IMG/VR virus record: IMGVR_UViG_3300009128_000003
Span: 32,001-96,000 of that record
DNA length: 64,000 nt
Source of the DNA: a virus
Reading direction: 5' to 3' (one strand)
Shown: positions 48,901 to 56,181 of the stretch, one piece after another
Layout of the letters: each line of letters starts with the position of its first letter
Numbering within the stretch: position 1 is the stretch's first letter
Notes under the pieces: generated by a model
Told to the model about the DNA's origin: nothing
Databases searched by the model: none
Seen by the model: only the letters and a program-made list of their open reading frames with translations
Position numbers and translations under genes: made by a program

Positions 48901-49018
48901 CGATGTAATCGACTTCCTGCTCTCGCAGTGTCTGGTATAATTGTTCGAATACAATTCTATATTCGTAGTGATACTTCAAATTTTTGATATGAGTGTCACT
49001 GATGTGTGCAAACTTCAA
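45911..49018 (-). CDS. Fused Mre11/SbcD nuclease - Rad50/SbcC ATPase (T4 gp47-gp46-like)
   Basis: ISDTH, HCGD, GNHD, LGDIH; Walker A GKNFSGKS; coiled coil; ASGAEK; ILDEP..LD; ISH. Likely TTG start at 49018 after GGAGG. Confidence 0.93.
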   Translation of the reverse strand: MKFAHISDTHIKNLKYHYEYRIVFEQLYQTLREQEVDYIVHCGDIAHTKTQISPEFVEMCSDFFRSLAEIAPTYIILGNHDGNLKNSSRQDALTPIVDALNLPALHLLKESGETHIDDKFCLNVLSVFDRDNWTKPSDTDKINIALYHGSISNCKTDMNWTMRNGEDTLTIFEDFDFAMLGDIHRRQYLDEVGRVWYAGSTVQQNHGETNDKGILIWDIQSKDDWEIEPIVLKNPKPFFTIPLTMKGRMPRKIDVPTGARLRLVSNNNLPLNVMKRAMDIAKHRFKPESISFLNRATGERGNVEDITDGLKTENLRDPKIQEELIDEYLKDYQVPSETLEKVYELNRAYNKIIEETEEVSRNVNWKLKTFEFDNLFNYGTDNSINFENMGGIIGIFGKNFSGKSSVIDAALYTLFNTTSKNERKNLNVINQNRDSCAGKLTIESNNKVYTVERKSEKYVKRLKGEETLEAKTDLNFEVYDRITEETTSLNGTTRNQTDAIIRKHFGSIDDFMVSSLASQHGALAFIDEGSTRRKEIIAKFLDLEIFEKKFRMSKEDSVEAKVLIKKHEDRDYGADITAATKELNKYQNKSEKNKSLCESLRIKLNTLTDVVRLLEEQIKATPSEVVDITNLRKEHKKKVNSIVALGETIKEQSQFISLKSEEIAATEKLLGAIDHQKNLENKLSIEKLDETIASLNQELESIVKKQKLLEGIPCGDSFPTCKFIRDAHVSVATRDIAANERDKSIEARSALNPEEIELEIEEHNALQIKSLNFEKEISELKLKRERNKATKSKIELSLKDITNQIKEYEENKEAIENLEKLIKEKDKHQKDMNSKQNEITTCEQETLDIVKLVGSCEQKIENLREQQTEYKELQNSYAAYDLFMQCMHPNGIAYDVIKKKIPVINQEIAKVLANIVDFEIFFESSGNKFDIFIKHPLYDERPIEMASGAEKTMAAMAIRLALLSVSSLPKSDLFILDEPGTALDEENMEGFIRILELIKVYFKNVLLISHLDSLKDCVDMQIVIEKKNGYARVNQ

Positions 49019-49054
49019 ACTTCCCTCCGAGCACAAATGTGCCTCTACTATACA

Positions 49055-49083
49055 AGTATATCTTGTTCAGTAGAGGCTGTCAA
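49055..49083 (-). promoter_or_regulatory. sigma70-type promoter TTGACA-N17-TATACT
   Basis: Near-consensus hexamers with exact 17-nt spacer, upstream A-tract. Confidence 0.85.
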
Positions 49084-49099
49084 GTATTTTTTTGTGCCA

Positions 49100-49438
49100 T
49101 TACTCAGAGGGCATATCGCCCATAAAATAATCACTTAACAGTTCCATGCTGTATATTACCTGATCTAACTCTTGAGAAAGCTCTGACGCTACTGGATCGC
49201 CTTGTTGTTGAAGGTAAAGCTTTGCGTCGTTAATTCTCGCCAGCATATGATTGTGGTTAAGTTTGCGTTGTGATCGTTGTGTAAGAGGAGGCTCGCCAGT
49301 ATCGTCGCGAGAAGGCTCGTCAGACTGCTCATAATCATCGTGAGTGATCATGGAGTCATCGAAAGGCTTTTTCACGACGCCTTCATTGGCGACCTCTTCC
49401 GCGATAATCTTACGCAATTGTTCTTTTGTAATCTTCAT
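49100..49438 (-). CDS. 112-aa protein with type A leader
   Basis: MKITKEQLRKIIAEEVANEG. Confidence 0.75.
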   Translation of the reverse strand: MKITKEQLRKIIAEEVANEGVVKKPFDDSMITHDDYEQSDEPSRDDTGEPPLTQRSQRKLNHNHMLARINDAKLYLQQQGDPVASELSQELDQVIYSMELLSDYFMGDMPSE

Positions 49439-50349
49439 TTCTTTTTGTCCTTTGCCATCTTGCGGAATGTTTTGGCTAGATTATATCTCTTCGTTCCCGG
49501 CTTGCAAGTAGGTCCGCCAAACTTATCGCCGGTGCAGACACCTTCTGTGCCGCTCTTTTCAATATCTTTTTCTGCATCTTGGATCCAATCATCCTTTTCT
49601 TCTGAGGGGGCTTCTTGCATCTTTTTCTCCTCCAGTGCGGCTTCGACTTCCTCTTTAACGATCTTCAGCATGTGTTCTCTATATGTTGATTTAAGTCCGC
49701 GCATATTACTAAGGAATCCCGATTTGATCTCTTTTTTAAGCCTATCTCTAATCCCGGGTGGTACCGGGCGATCTAAACCATATTCAATCGCGAATCGCAA
49801 TTTTAATGCTTGTTCTCTGAGCACTTTTCGGGGTTCGTCGTAGTTGTCGAAGCCATCTATATACATGTCAACTGGCATCCTCTCGTACGGTCCTCCGCGA
49901 GTGGCGCCGGATACAAGCTCATCTCCTAGTGAGCCAACCTTCTTAATTATACGCTCGACTGCATCGTTTGTATGCCTTAAGACTTCAGAATGCCCAGATC
50001 CTCGACCTTCAGTCACTGGCTCTGATTCGGCACCTTTTACATGCTTGGCGTATTCTCTAGTAATATCAGCCAACTCCTTAAGGGCACCTTGTTCTCGGAT
50101 GGGTAACCCATAAACAGTTGTGTTCTGAAAGTGTTCTGACTTCTTCTGCACCATAAGGTTTGACAACTCAAACATTTGTTGTAGGGTTCGGGCTATTTCA
50201 TTTAGCTCGTCTCTAGCGTCTCTGTGTTTGACTTTCTGAGTGTCGTCGTCTCTGCGCGCATCCATGCCGGCAAGCCGGGCTTCAAGATCCTCTATCGAAC
50301 TTAGCTCTTCTTTGATGATTTGTTTAAGCTGCGTTTTTGTGATCTTCAT
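49435..50349 (-). CDS. 304-aa protein with type A leader and basic Cys-containing C-terminal module
   Basis: Start placed at MKITKTQLKQIIKEEL; C-term DWIQDA..CTGDKFGGPTC..RYNLAKTFRKM. Confidence 0.75.
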   Translation of the reverse strand: MKITKTQLKQIIKEELSSIEDLEARLAGMDARRDDDTQKVKHRDARDELNEIARTLQQMFELSNLMVQKKSEHFQNTTVYGLPIREQGALKELADITREYAKHVKGAESEPVTEGRGSGHSEVLRHTNDAVERIIKKVGSLGDELVSGATRGGPYERMPVDMYIDGFDNYDEPRKVLREQALKLRFAIEYGLDRPVPPGIRDRLKKEIKSGFLSNMRGLKSTYREHMLKIVKEEVEAALEEKKMQEAPSEEKDDWIQDAEKDIEKSGTEGVCTGDKFGGPTCKPGTKRYNLAKTFRKMAKDKKK

Positions 50350-50486
50350 CTTCCTTTCCACCACTTTGTCTTTTTCTTCTCCGGAGAACATTTGCTTCCC
50401 GAGGGGCACCATTTGTATATGTTGGACAAATAATTACTAAGCTCTTCTTCGATAATATCTTTAAGTCGGGATTTGGTGATTTTCAC
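50346..50486 (-). CDS. 46-aa micro-ORF with type A leader
   Basis: GTG start after AAGGA; MKITKSRLKDIIEEELSNYLSNIYKWCPSGSKCSPEKKKTKWWKGR; ATGA overlap with next gene; absent from ORF track. Confidence 0.7.
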   Translation of the reverse strand: MKITKSRLKDIIEEELSNYLSNIYKWCPSGSKCSPEKKKTKWWKGR

Positions 50487-50501
50487 TTGTTTATTCCTTA
50501 G

Positions 50502-51014
50502 CTACTGTTCGACGATCTGGCTAACTAATATTCCGATTGCCATTAACGCCACGCCTCCGGTTAATCCCAGCGCAAATACTGCCGGCGTGGCGACTGCTGC
50601 AGCGCCGATCATCATGATTCCGCCGGCGCCGAGTCCGGTAGCTAGGGCTGCATCCGATAATGGATTACCCCCAAGCACCCCGTCGCCTTCTTGCATTGCG
50701 TCTGCCTCCGCTGCACCTTCCTGCGCAGCGGCTTGGACTTCGGGATCCTTCGCTGCCTGTTGTACAGCAGCCATGACTGCCGGACTTTGGGCGAGGACTT
50801 GAGCAAGCTCTTGTGCTTGTGTCATGTCAGGTTCGCGAGTTTGTAATCGTGGGGTTCGACGTGCGGAGGGCGACGGTGCGCCGGCGCCTACGCCAGCAAT
50901 CTCCTTCATGCGCGTGACTTCTTTTTCTTCCTTGATTACTTCTGCCTTCTCATCCATAAAGTATCGTGGGTCGATTCTCCTGACGTTTTTTCTTGGTTTT
51001 CCCCATCTGGACAT
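50502..51014 (-). CDS. 170-aa protein with type C and D tags and C-terminal Gly-rich TM hairpin
   Basis: RRIDPRYFMDEKAEVIKEE..RMKEIAGV; C-term ALATGLGAGGIMMIGAAAV..LGLTGGVALMAIGILV. Confidence 0.75.
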   Translation of the reverse strand: MSRWGKPRKNVRRIDPRYFMDEKAEVIKEEKEVTRMKEIAGVGAGAPSPSARRTPRLQTREPDMTQAQELAQVLAQSPAVMAAVQQAAKDPEVQAAAQEGAAEADAMQEGDGVLGGNPLSDAALATGLGAGGIMMIGAAAVATPAVFALGLTGGVALMAIGILVSQIVEQ

Positions 51015-51024
51015 GCTGTTCTCC

Positions 51025-51963
51025 TTATAGTGCTGATAGCAAATTCAACAGTAAATAGTTGTCATTATCTATAAATACAGCGTTCTTTTTTCTTTCTTCG
51101 AAAACTTCTTTCGACATGGACCCTACGTCTTCGTAGTCCGAAACATCGATCTTATACATTTCGATATCATATTTAAGAAGTGTTTTGATGATTTTGTTTT
51201 CTTTGTCTCGCGCATCGGGGTCGAGGGCGATGTAGATTGGGGTATCGTTTGTGACGATTTTTCGGACCAGTTCGGAACCAGTTCGTAACGTGCTACCCAA
51301 GATAGGTACAGCGTTTCCGGCGATAATAGCATCAAAAATTCCTTCGACTAAAACTAAGTCTTTGTTCCAATCGATATATAGTTCATTAAATACAATATTC
51401 TTTGAAGCCTTCGGGTTCTTATACTTGTATGAGTCGCCGTTATAGGCTCTCGCAACAAAGTAACTTACGTCTCCTTCGCTGTCAAAAGAAGGAATAACAA
51501 TCCTATTACGATATTCTCCGCTAAAACAATATCCAATTTTCCATTTAAGAATATCCGTCTTGGTAAGTCCGCGCTTTTGTAAATATCTAAGCGCATACAT
51601 GCCTGTGGCGGGGATATTGTCCGAACAGAGGCTTACGAATTCTTCCGGGAGTTCCGGTTTTTCCGCGTCTTCTCGACGCTCTGGTTCCATAAAGAGATCA
51701 GCAAATCTCTCAAGATCTGACCTGTTCGTAATTTCGTCCCATTTCTGTAGTTGTGTATACGAACCAAAACGCCTAACAACACGCCTAAGATTGCGACCGC
51801 GATAATCACAAACCCAGCACTTATAAAAACCTTTATCGAGATTAACAGAGAACTTACGCTTGTGGTGATTGCAGACCGGGCACGCGAAAAGTAGTTCGCT
51901 GCCTTTGTCTGCGTAGTTTCCAATTGCTGCATGTAGGATCTTCTTCGCTTCTTTCTTATTCAT
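51025..51963 (-). CDS. DNA primase (T4 gp61/DnaG-like)
   Basis: Zn finger CPVC..CWVC; YLQKRG; RIVIP; TOPRIM LVEGIFDA and ALDPDA. Confidence 0.9.
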   Translation of the reverse strand: MNKKEAKKILHAAIGNYADKGSELLFACPVCNHHKRKFSVNLDKGFYKCWVCDYRGRNLRRVVRRFGSYTQLQKWDEITNRSDLERFADLFMEPERREDAEKPELPEEFVSLCSDNIPATGMYALRYLQKRGLTKTDILKWKIGYCFSGEYRNRIVIPSFDSEGDVSYFVARAYNGDSYKYKNPKASKNIVFNELYIDWNKDLVLVEGIFDAIIAGNAVPILGSTLRTGSELVRKIVTNDTPIYIALDPDARDKENKIIKTLLKYDIEMYKIDVSDYEDVGSMSKEVFEERKKNAVFIDNDNYLLLNLLSAL

Positions 51964-51977
51964 ATGCCCTCATATAC

Positions 51978-52006
51978 AATCTAACATATGGTGGCTTGGC
52001 TGTCAA
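51978..52006 (-). promoter_or_regulatory. sigma70-type promoter TTGACA-N17-TAGATT (extended -10 TG)
   Basis: Exact 17-nt spacer, directly after a terminator. Confidence 0.8.
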
Positions 52007-52008
52007 GC

Positions 52009-52035
52009 AAAAAAACCCCGCCGAAGCGAGGTTTT
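52009..52035 (-). terminator. Rho-independent terminator
   Basis: AAAACCTCGC-TTCG-GCGGGG-TTTTTTT. Confidence 0.85.
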
Positions 52036-52054
52036 ATTTGCCGATCAGAATTAA

Positions 52055-52609
52055 TCAAGCTCCAAGTGCTTGGATAATCTGAGCCTTTGTGGACTTGGTG
52101 TTGACTGGCAACCCACGGGACTTTGCAACCTCTAGAAGCTCTGCTTTTTTCATTGAAGCAGACCAGTTAGCGGTGGTAGTCTCGGACTCGGCAGACATCA
52201 ACTCAATCTCAAAGGTGAGTTCTTCGCCAGCGAGGGGATGGTTCATGTCCAGAATCACATTGTCTTCTTGAAGTTCGTGAATCTTAGCAAGGAAAGGACC
52301 TGCAGGACCATTTCCTTGAATAGTTTCGCCAACTAAAAACTCGAAATCTGGACCAAATGCCGTCTTCGGTACTGGCTGGAAGGCGTTCGGATTACGTAGA
52401 CCGTACGCCTCGTCCGGTGCGAGAGTAAACGTCTTTGTCTCCCCCACACTCATTCCAACAACTGCGTTGTTAAATCCGAGAATCATGCGACCAGAACCGA
52501 TTTCAAAATCGAGTGTCTCGCCGCGTACCCGCGAATTATCAAATTCGGTACCATCAGTGAGGGTACCCCTGTAGTGGACTTTTACGTTATGTCCATTTGT
52601 TACTTTCAT
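52055..52609 (-). CDS. FKBP-type peptidyl-prolyl isomerase (SlyD/FkpB-like) with C-terminal Rho-N/HeH-like helices
   Basis: VKVHYRGTLTDGTEFDNS, PDEAYG, LDMNHPLAGEELTFEIE; tail MKKAELLEVAKSRGL..STKAQIIQAL. Confidence 0.9.
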   Translation of the reverse strand: MKVTNGHNVKVHYRGTLTDGTEFDNSRVRGETLDFEIGSGRMILGFNNAVVGMSVGETKTFTLAPDEAYGLRNPNAFQPVPKTAFGPDFEFLVGETIQGNGPAGPFLAKIHELQEDNVILDMNHPLAGEELTFEIELMSAESETTTANWSASMKKAELLEVAKSRGLPVNTKSTKAQIIQALGA

Positions 52610-52645
52610 TTTATCTCCTAGGTATGATGAAAGATCATCTTATGT

Positions 52646-52674
52646 ATATTAACATCGTTTAAATAGCTCGTCAA
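52646..52674 (-). promoter_or_regulatory. sigma70-type promoter TTGACG-N17-TAATAT
   Basis: 17-nt spacer with TG extension; -35 overlaps the resolvase stop. Confidence 0.65.
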
Positions 52675-53237
52675 GCTTTTTCTTGATTATTTTGTTCTAC
52701 CCTATAGCCAGCTTTGGCAACTATGATAGCATCAGCCCTATCATAGGACTCTGGCTTCGGGTTTCCGTGCTTGGTATACTCAATACTAAATGCTGGCTCA
52801 TTCTCCAATAAGTGCTGCAGCACAACTTGTTTTGCCTTTTGTCCTCTCGGGACTTTAATGCCAGCTTGCTTGCGTGCGGATGAGGCGCCAATGAACTTTG
52901 GTTTGATCTCAAACAATTCATAAATTAACCACGATACGATTCCATTAAAGCGAGTGAGAGTTGATAGGGTTTTGGCGGACGATTTTCCGCCCATGAACAT
53001 ATGAAGAGACTGCTCAATATAAATGTGTTCAATGGGATATTCTGAGGATCCCACAAAGGCTTCATTATCGCACTGGTACATCTCGAACAAGTCTAAAAGC
53101 TTTTCTTTCAACACAATAGTCTTTTCAAATATATCCTTATACTTCCTCAAATCAACTGAATCATAATAAAGAATCTGGTCGTCAGCAACAATAGCAAAGC
53201 CAGTGATGCTGGTTGAAATGTCAACCCCTAAAATCAT
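52671..53237 (-). CDS. RuvC-like Holliday junction resolvase
   Basis: MILGVDISTSITG, IYIEQ, DRADAIIVA acidic motifs. Confidence 0.85.
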   Translation of the reverse strand: MILGVDISTSITGFAIVADDQILYYDSVDLRKYKDIFEKTIVLKEKLLDLFEMYQCDNEAFVGSSEYPIEHIYIEQSLHMFMGGKSSAKTLSTLTRFNGIVSWLIYELFEIKPKFIGASSARKQAGIKVPRGQKAKQVVLQHLLENEPAFSIEYTKHGNPKPESYDRADAIIVAKAGYRVEQNNQEKA

Positions 53238-53238
53238 T

Positions 53239-53580
53239 TTATACCTTGTAGTTTTTCCAGCTATATGACTGTCGAGTGTCTAAATAAGTTTGCGTATACA
53301 TGTGTTCGTAAGCTTCTTGTTCAAATCTAATCTGAAAATATGCTTTGTTTTTGTCTCTGTATTTCACAAAGCCTCTTAGGTGGTCCCAGCCATACAATAT
53401 ATAAAAGAATACCACAAGTAATTCTTTTTGTTGAGCGATATGTATACTTTCGTGATTTAAAACGTCTTCGGACATTTCTTCTCGCGCAATTATAAAGGGA
53501 TATAGGGTAATGGCGCAGATATCGATTACCCACGATATCGCTTTGAGAAACCTTGGTGCTAAAATTACAATGGGCTTCAT
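53239..53580 (-). CDS. Small HExxH (zincin-like) protein
   Basis: AITLYPFI, LNHESIH, FEQEAY. Confidence 0.65.
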   Translation of the reverse strand: MKPIVILAPRFLKAISWVIDICAITLYPFIIAREEMSEDVLNHESIHIAQQKELLVVFFYILYGWDHLRGFVKYRDKNKAYFQIRFEQEAYEHMYTQTYLDTRQSYSWKNYKV

Positions 53581-55014
53581 TTATACATCCATCTTCAATT
53601 TGAATGTATAGCTTTGATCTTCTTTTTTTAAAATTGGATTTGAAAGTGTTGCCAATCCAATTAAATTCTTGCTTTTGTCATATACTCCGATGCGCGAAAT
53701 GTATACCTGCCTTTCGAACGAAGACGTATAATCAAAATTATTGGTCGTGCCGAAGCTTGAGCTAACGGTGTTCTTCATCAGCAGATTTGGATTTTCTTGA
53801 TATACATGAGATGACGTGTAGTTAACTTTCTCTTGTCCAAATTTTAGAAAAGTTGGATTATTGGAATAGTTTGCCTCGCCGCGGCGCGCATGCGCAAAAA
53901 GTGTCATCACCTGAGTTTCGGTATTGCCCTTAAAGGACATGTCGAAGGAGACATTGGCAAATGTTGAGTCTATGCCACCAGAACCTTTCACGGTCCCGTC
54001 ATTTGCTCCAACGCCCCAATAGATCCATTTGGGTTTGACCGCGGAGGCATCAATTAGCCTTGCAGTTTGATCGCTCATATCCCACGAGCCAGTTAAAATA
54101 ACGATTCCTTCGTCATACATAACAACCCCAGCACAACTTCCACTGTATCCGAGTACGCCCGTTCCATCGTCAGTATCTGATTGTTGAATAAGCTCTCCGT
54201 TGCGACGATCATCTCTTAACTCGGCAACTAACGAGCCTGTCCAGTAGAATTTCAAGGAGACGGTGCCGGGTTCAATTTTCGTTCCATAGAAAATAGATGG
54301 AATGTGAATCATATTAAGGGTTTGAGTGTCTTTGTCCCAAGTGGGTCCCTTCACAATATATTGCTGGCTTCTGGCGCCGTAAAAGTTTAAGCGATTCCGT
54401 AACGCGACGTAGTGCTTATTGTAGACCCCTGCTGAAGAGGAGGGGGTTTCGATATACTCGCGTGTAATGGACGAGGACAGAGGATATTGGAACGATTGGA
54501 CTGCGCCGTAGGAATATTCAGTATTATATGAAACTGGCGCTACTGTTTTGAAGGACGAGCGGGCGCTGTCTTTTGAAATATATGCGTATATCGTGCCGTT
54601 GTTTGGCAAGAATGTGACGGGCTCGGTGGTGTCGTCATAGGCTTGCTTCAATGCATTATAGCTTGCGGATGAATGAAGCCCCATAACGCCGCCGGGGTAG
54701 CCGAACGCTACCGGACCCTCGATCACTGCAGCGGTCTTTCCGCCGCCGGCGATGTTTCGGTTCGCCCAGTTCGATCTTCCCACGTTACCTGAATGGGGGC
54801 GATCTATGTTGTATTCATATAGACTAACGAAGCCGCGAGGGACATTCTTTACTGTGCGTGCTTGCGAGCCCGTGTTCCGGTTGCCGGAGGATCCCGTCAC
54901 TAACGACTCGTTATTATAGTATACGTAAGTGTCGAAAATGAAAAACTTATTATGCGGCTGCGCCTTCATCGTGTTAAGAAAGAAGTCGTTTTCTCCTATC
55001 TTGCGGAACGCCAT
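53581..55014 (-). CDS. Virion structural protein (baseplate/fibre attachment), pair B member
   Basis: C-term YISRIGVYD..LIGLATLSNPILK. Confidence 0.55.
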   Translation of the reverse strand: MAFRKIGENDFFLNTMKAQPHNKFFIFDTYVYYNNESLVTGSSGNRNTGSQARTVKNVPRGFVSLYEYNIDRPHSGNVGRSNWANRNIAGGGKTAAVIEGPVAFGYPGGVMGLHSSASYNALKQAYDDTTEPVTFLPNNGTIYAYISKDSARSSFKTVAPVSYNTEYSYGAVQSFQYPLSSSITREYIETPSSSAGVYNKHYVALRNRLNFYGARSQQYIVKGPTWDKDTQTLNMIHIPSIFYGTKIEPGTVSLKFYWTGSLVAELRDDRRNGELIQQSDTDDGTGVLGYSGSCAGVVMYDEGIVILTGSWDMSDQTARLIDASAVKPKWIYWGVGANDGTVKGSGGIDSTFANVSFDMSFKGNTETQVMTLFAHARRGEANYSNNPTFLKFGQEKVNYTSSHVYQENPNLLMKNTVSSSFGTTNNFDYTSSFERQVYISRIGVYDKSKNLIGLATLSNPILKKEDQSYTFKLKMDV

Positions 55015-55016
55015 TT

Positions 55017-56165
55017 TTAGTAATCCAATCTAACTCTTAGCGTGATCTCGTTCGTAGGATCTTTTCGAAGCGGCTCTGAAAGCTTAGCGACCGCCAAGAG
55101 TTCGTTGCTAGCATTATACAGACCCACGGTTGTAATGTAGCTAATTGGTGGATCTGACGCCTTTTCTTTCACTCTGATTTTACTTGCGCTAGTATATGTG
55201 GGGTTCGAGCTATAGTTATACTTGTTGTGCGGAACGCGGCAGAAGTAAATCTTAGAGTTGATCTCGGTTGTATTGTTAAACGAGATGTTTTGGATTCTCT
55301 CACGCACAATGTCGCACGAACCTGTAATGGTTCCCGTAACCATTGTTTGAATGGCTGTGTAGGTGGCGCCGCCCATCGATTCAGAGACTATGGCTGTCGG
55401 AATTTGATTCGGTTGCCGGGGGGCGCCGGTGGATCCTGTTCCAAATACCGAGCTAGTTAATACAATAACTCCTGCCTGATACCATATGTTGCCTACCGCT
55501 ATTCCTGTTGTACTGTATTGAGAACCAGACACATATAGGACGCCGTAGTCACCGCCGGGGAGTCCGGACTTGTAGCCTCCGCTATCGCCGGACGAGGCGG
55601 AAGCATCGATAAGCGTGATAGAATATGCAGATGCGGTGGGATAATTCGAGCCAGCATTCCTGTGAGATCCTGTGCCGAGCGTCATGCTGAAGGTGCCTTT
55701 CTTAATTTGCTCTTTCATAAGAAGGCGCGATAGCGTAACGAAATAGCACGATGTCATCTGCGCAGAATTGTCGCTGATATTCAAGTCGCTCTCAAAAATC
55801 TCAACAGTGTTGTTGCTGCCCGTATATCCCAAAAGTACTTGAGAGAATTGGTTATACATGTTGATCTTTTTGGCGACCTGTACGCCACTATAGCGCGCTG
55901 ACGCAGAGAGAGTTTGCGCTGAGCCTGTCACAGCGGCTCCCTCATCAAAGCCGCAAGTAACATCAAAGAGATGGTTAGCCGAGGAGCTTAGATAAGGATA
56001 GTCGTAAGTCGACTGGAACATCCCGTGAGAATAGTTTTTGATGTTAAGATCACTGTAGGTGCCCGAAACAATTGTGCCCGTCAGCGGTATTACTTCGTGT
56101 AATAGCGTCCGGGTTGTCGTGACATCTGTGTTTGTGTCGATATTTTCATAATTCTGTACAGGCAT
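55017..56165 (-). CDS. Virion structural protein (baseplate/fibre attachment), pair B member
   Basis: NYSSNPTY, YITTVGLYN..LLAVAKLSEPLRK..RVRLDY. Confidence 0.55.
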   Translation of the reverse strand: MPVQNYENIDTNTDVTTTRTLLHEVIPLTGTIVSGTYSDLNIKNYSHGMFQSTYDYPYLSSSANHLFDVTCGFDEGAAVTGSAQTLSASARYSGVQVAKKINMYNQFSQVLLGYTGSNNTVEIFESDLNISDNSAQMTSCYFVTLSRLLMKEQIKKGTFSMTLGTGSHRNAGSNYPTASAYSITLIDASASSGDSGGYKSGLPGGDYGVLYVSGSQYSTTGIAVGNIWYQAGVIVLTSSVFGTGSTGAPRQPNQIPTAIVSESMGGATYTAIQTMVTGTITGSCDIVRERIQNISFNNTTEINSKIYFCRVPHNKYNYSSNPTYTSASKIRVKEKASDPPISYITTVGLYNASNELLAVAKLSEPLRKDPTNEITLRVRLDY

Positions 56166-56181
56166 TTATAAACTCCTAATT

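Noticed and set aside
41513-50412. Longer track starts at 42670, 43269, 49036 and 50412
   Set aside because: They overlap upstream genes or lack an RBS; downstream starts are supported by RBS, stop-start coupling or the shared tag.
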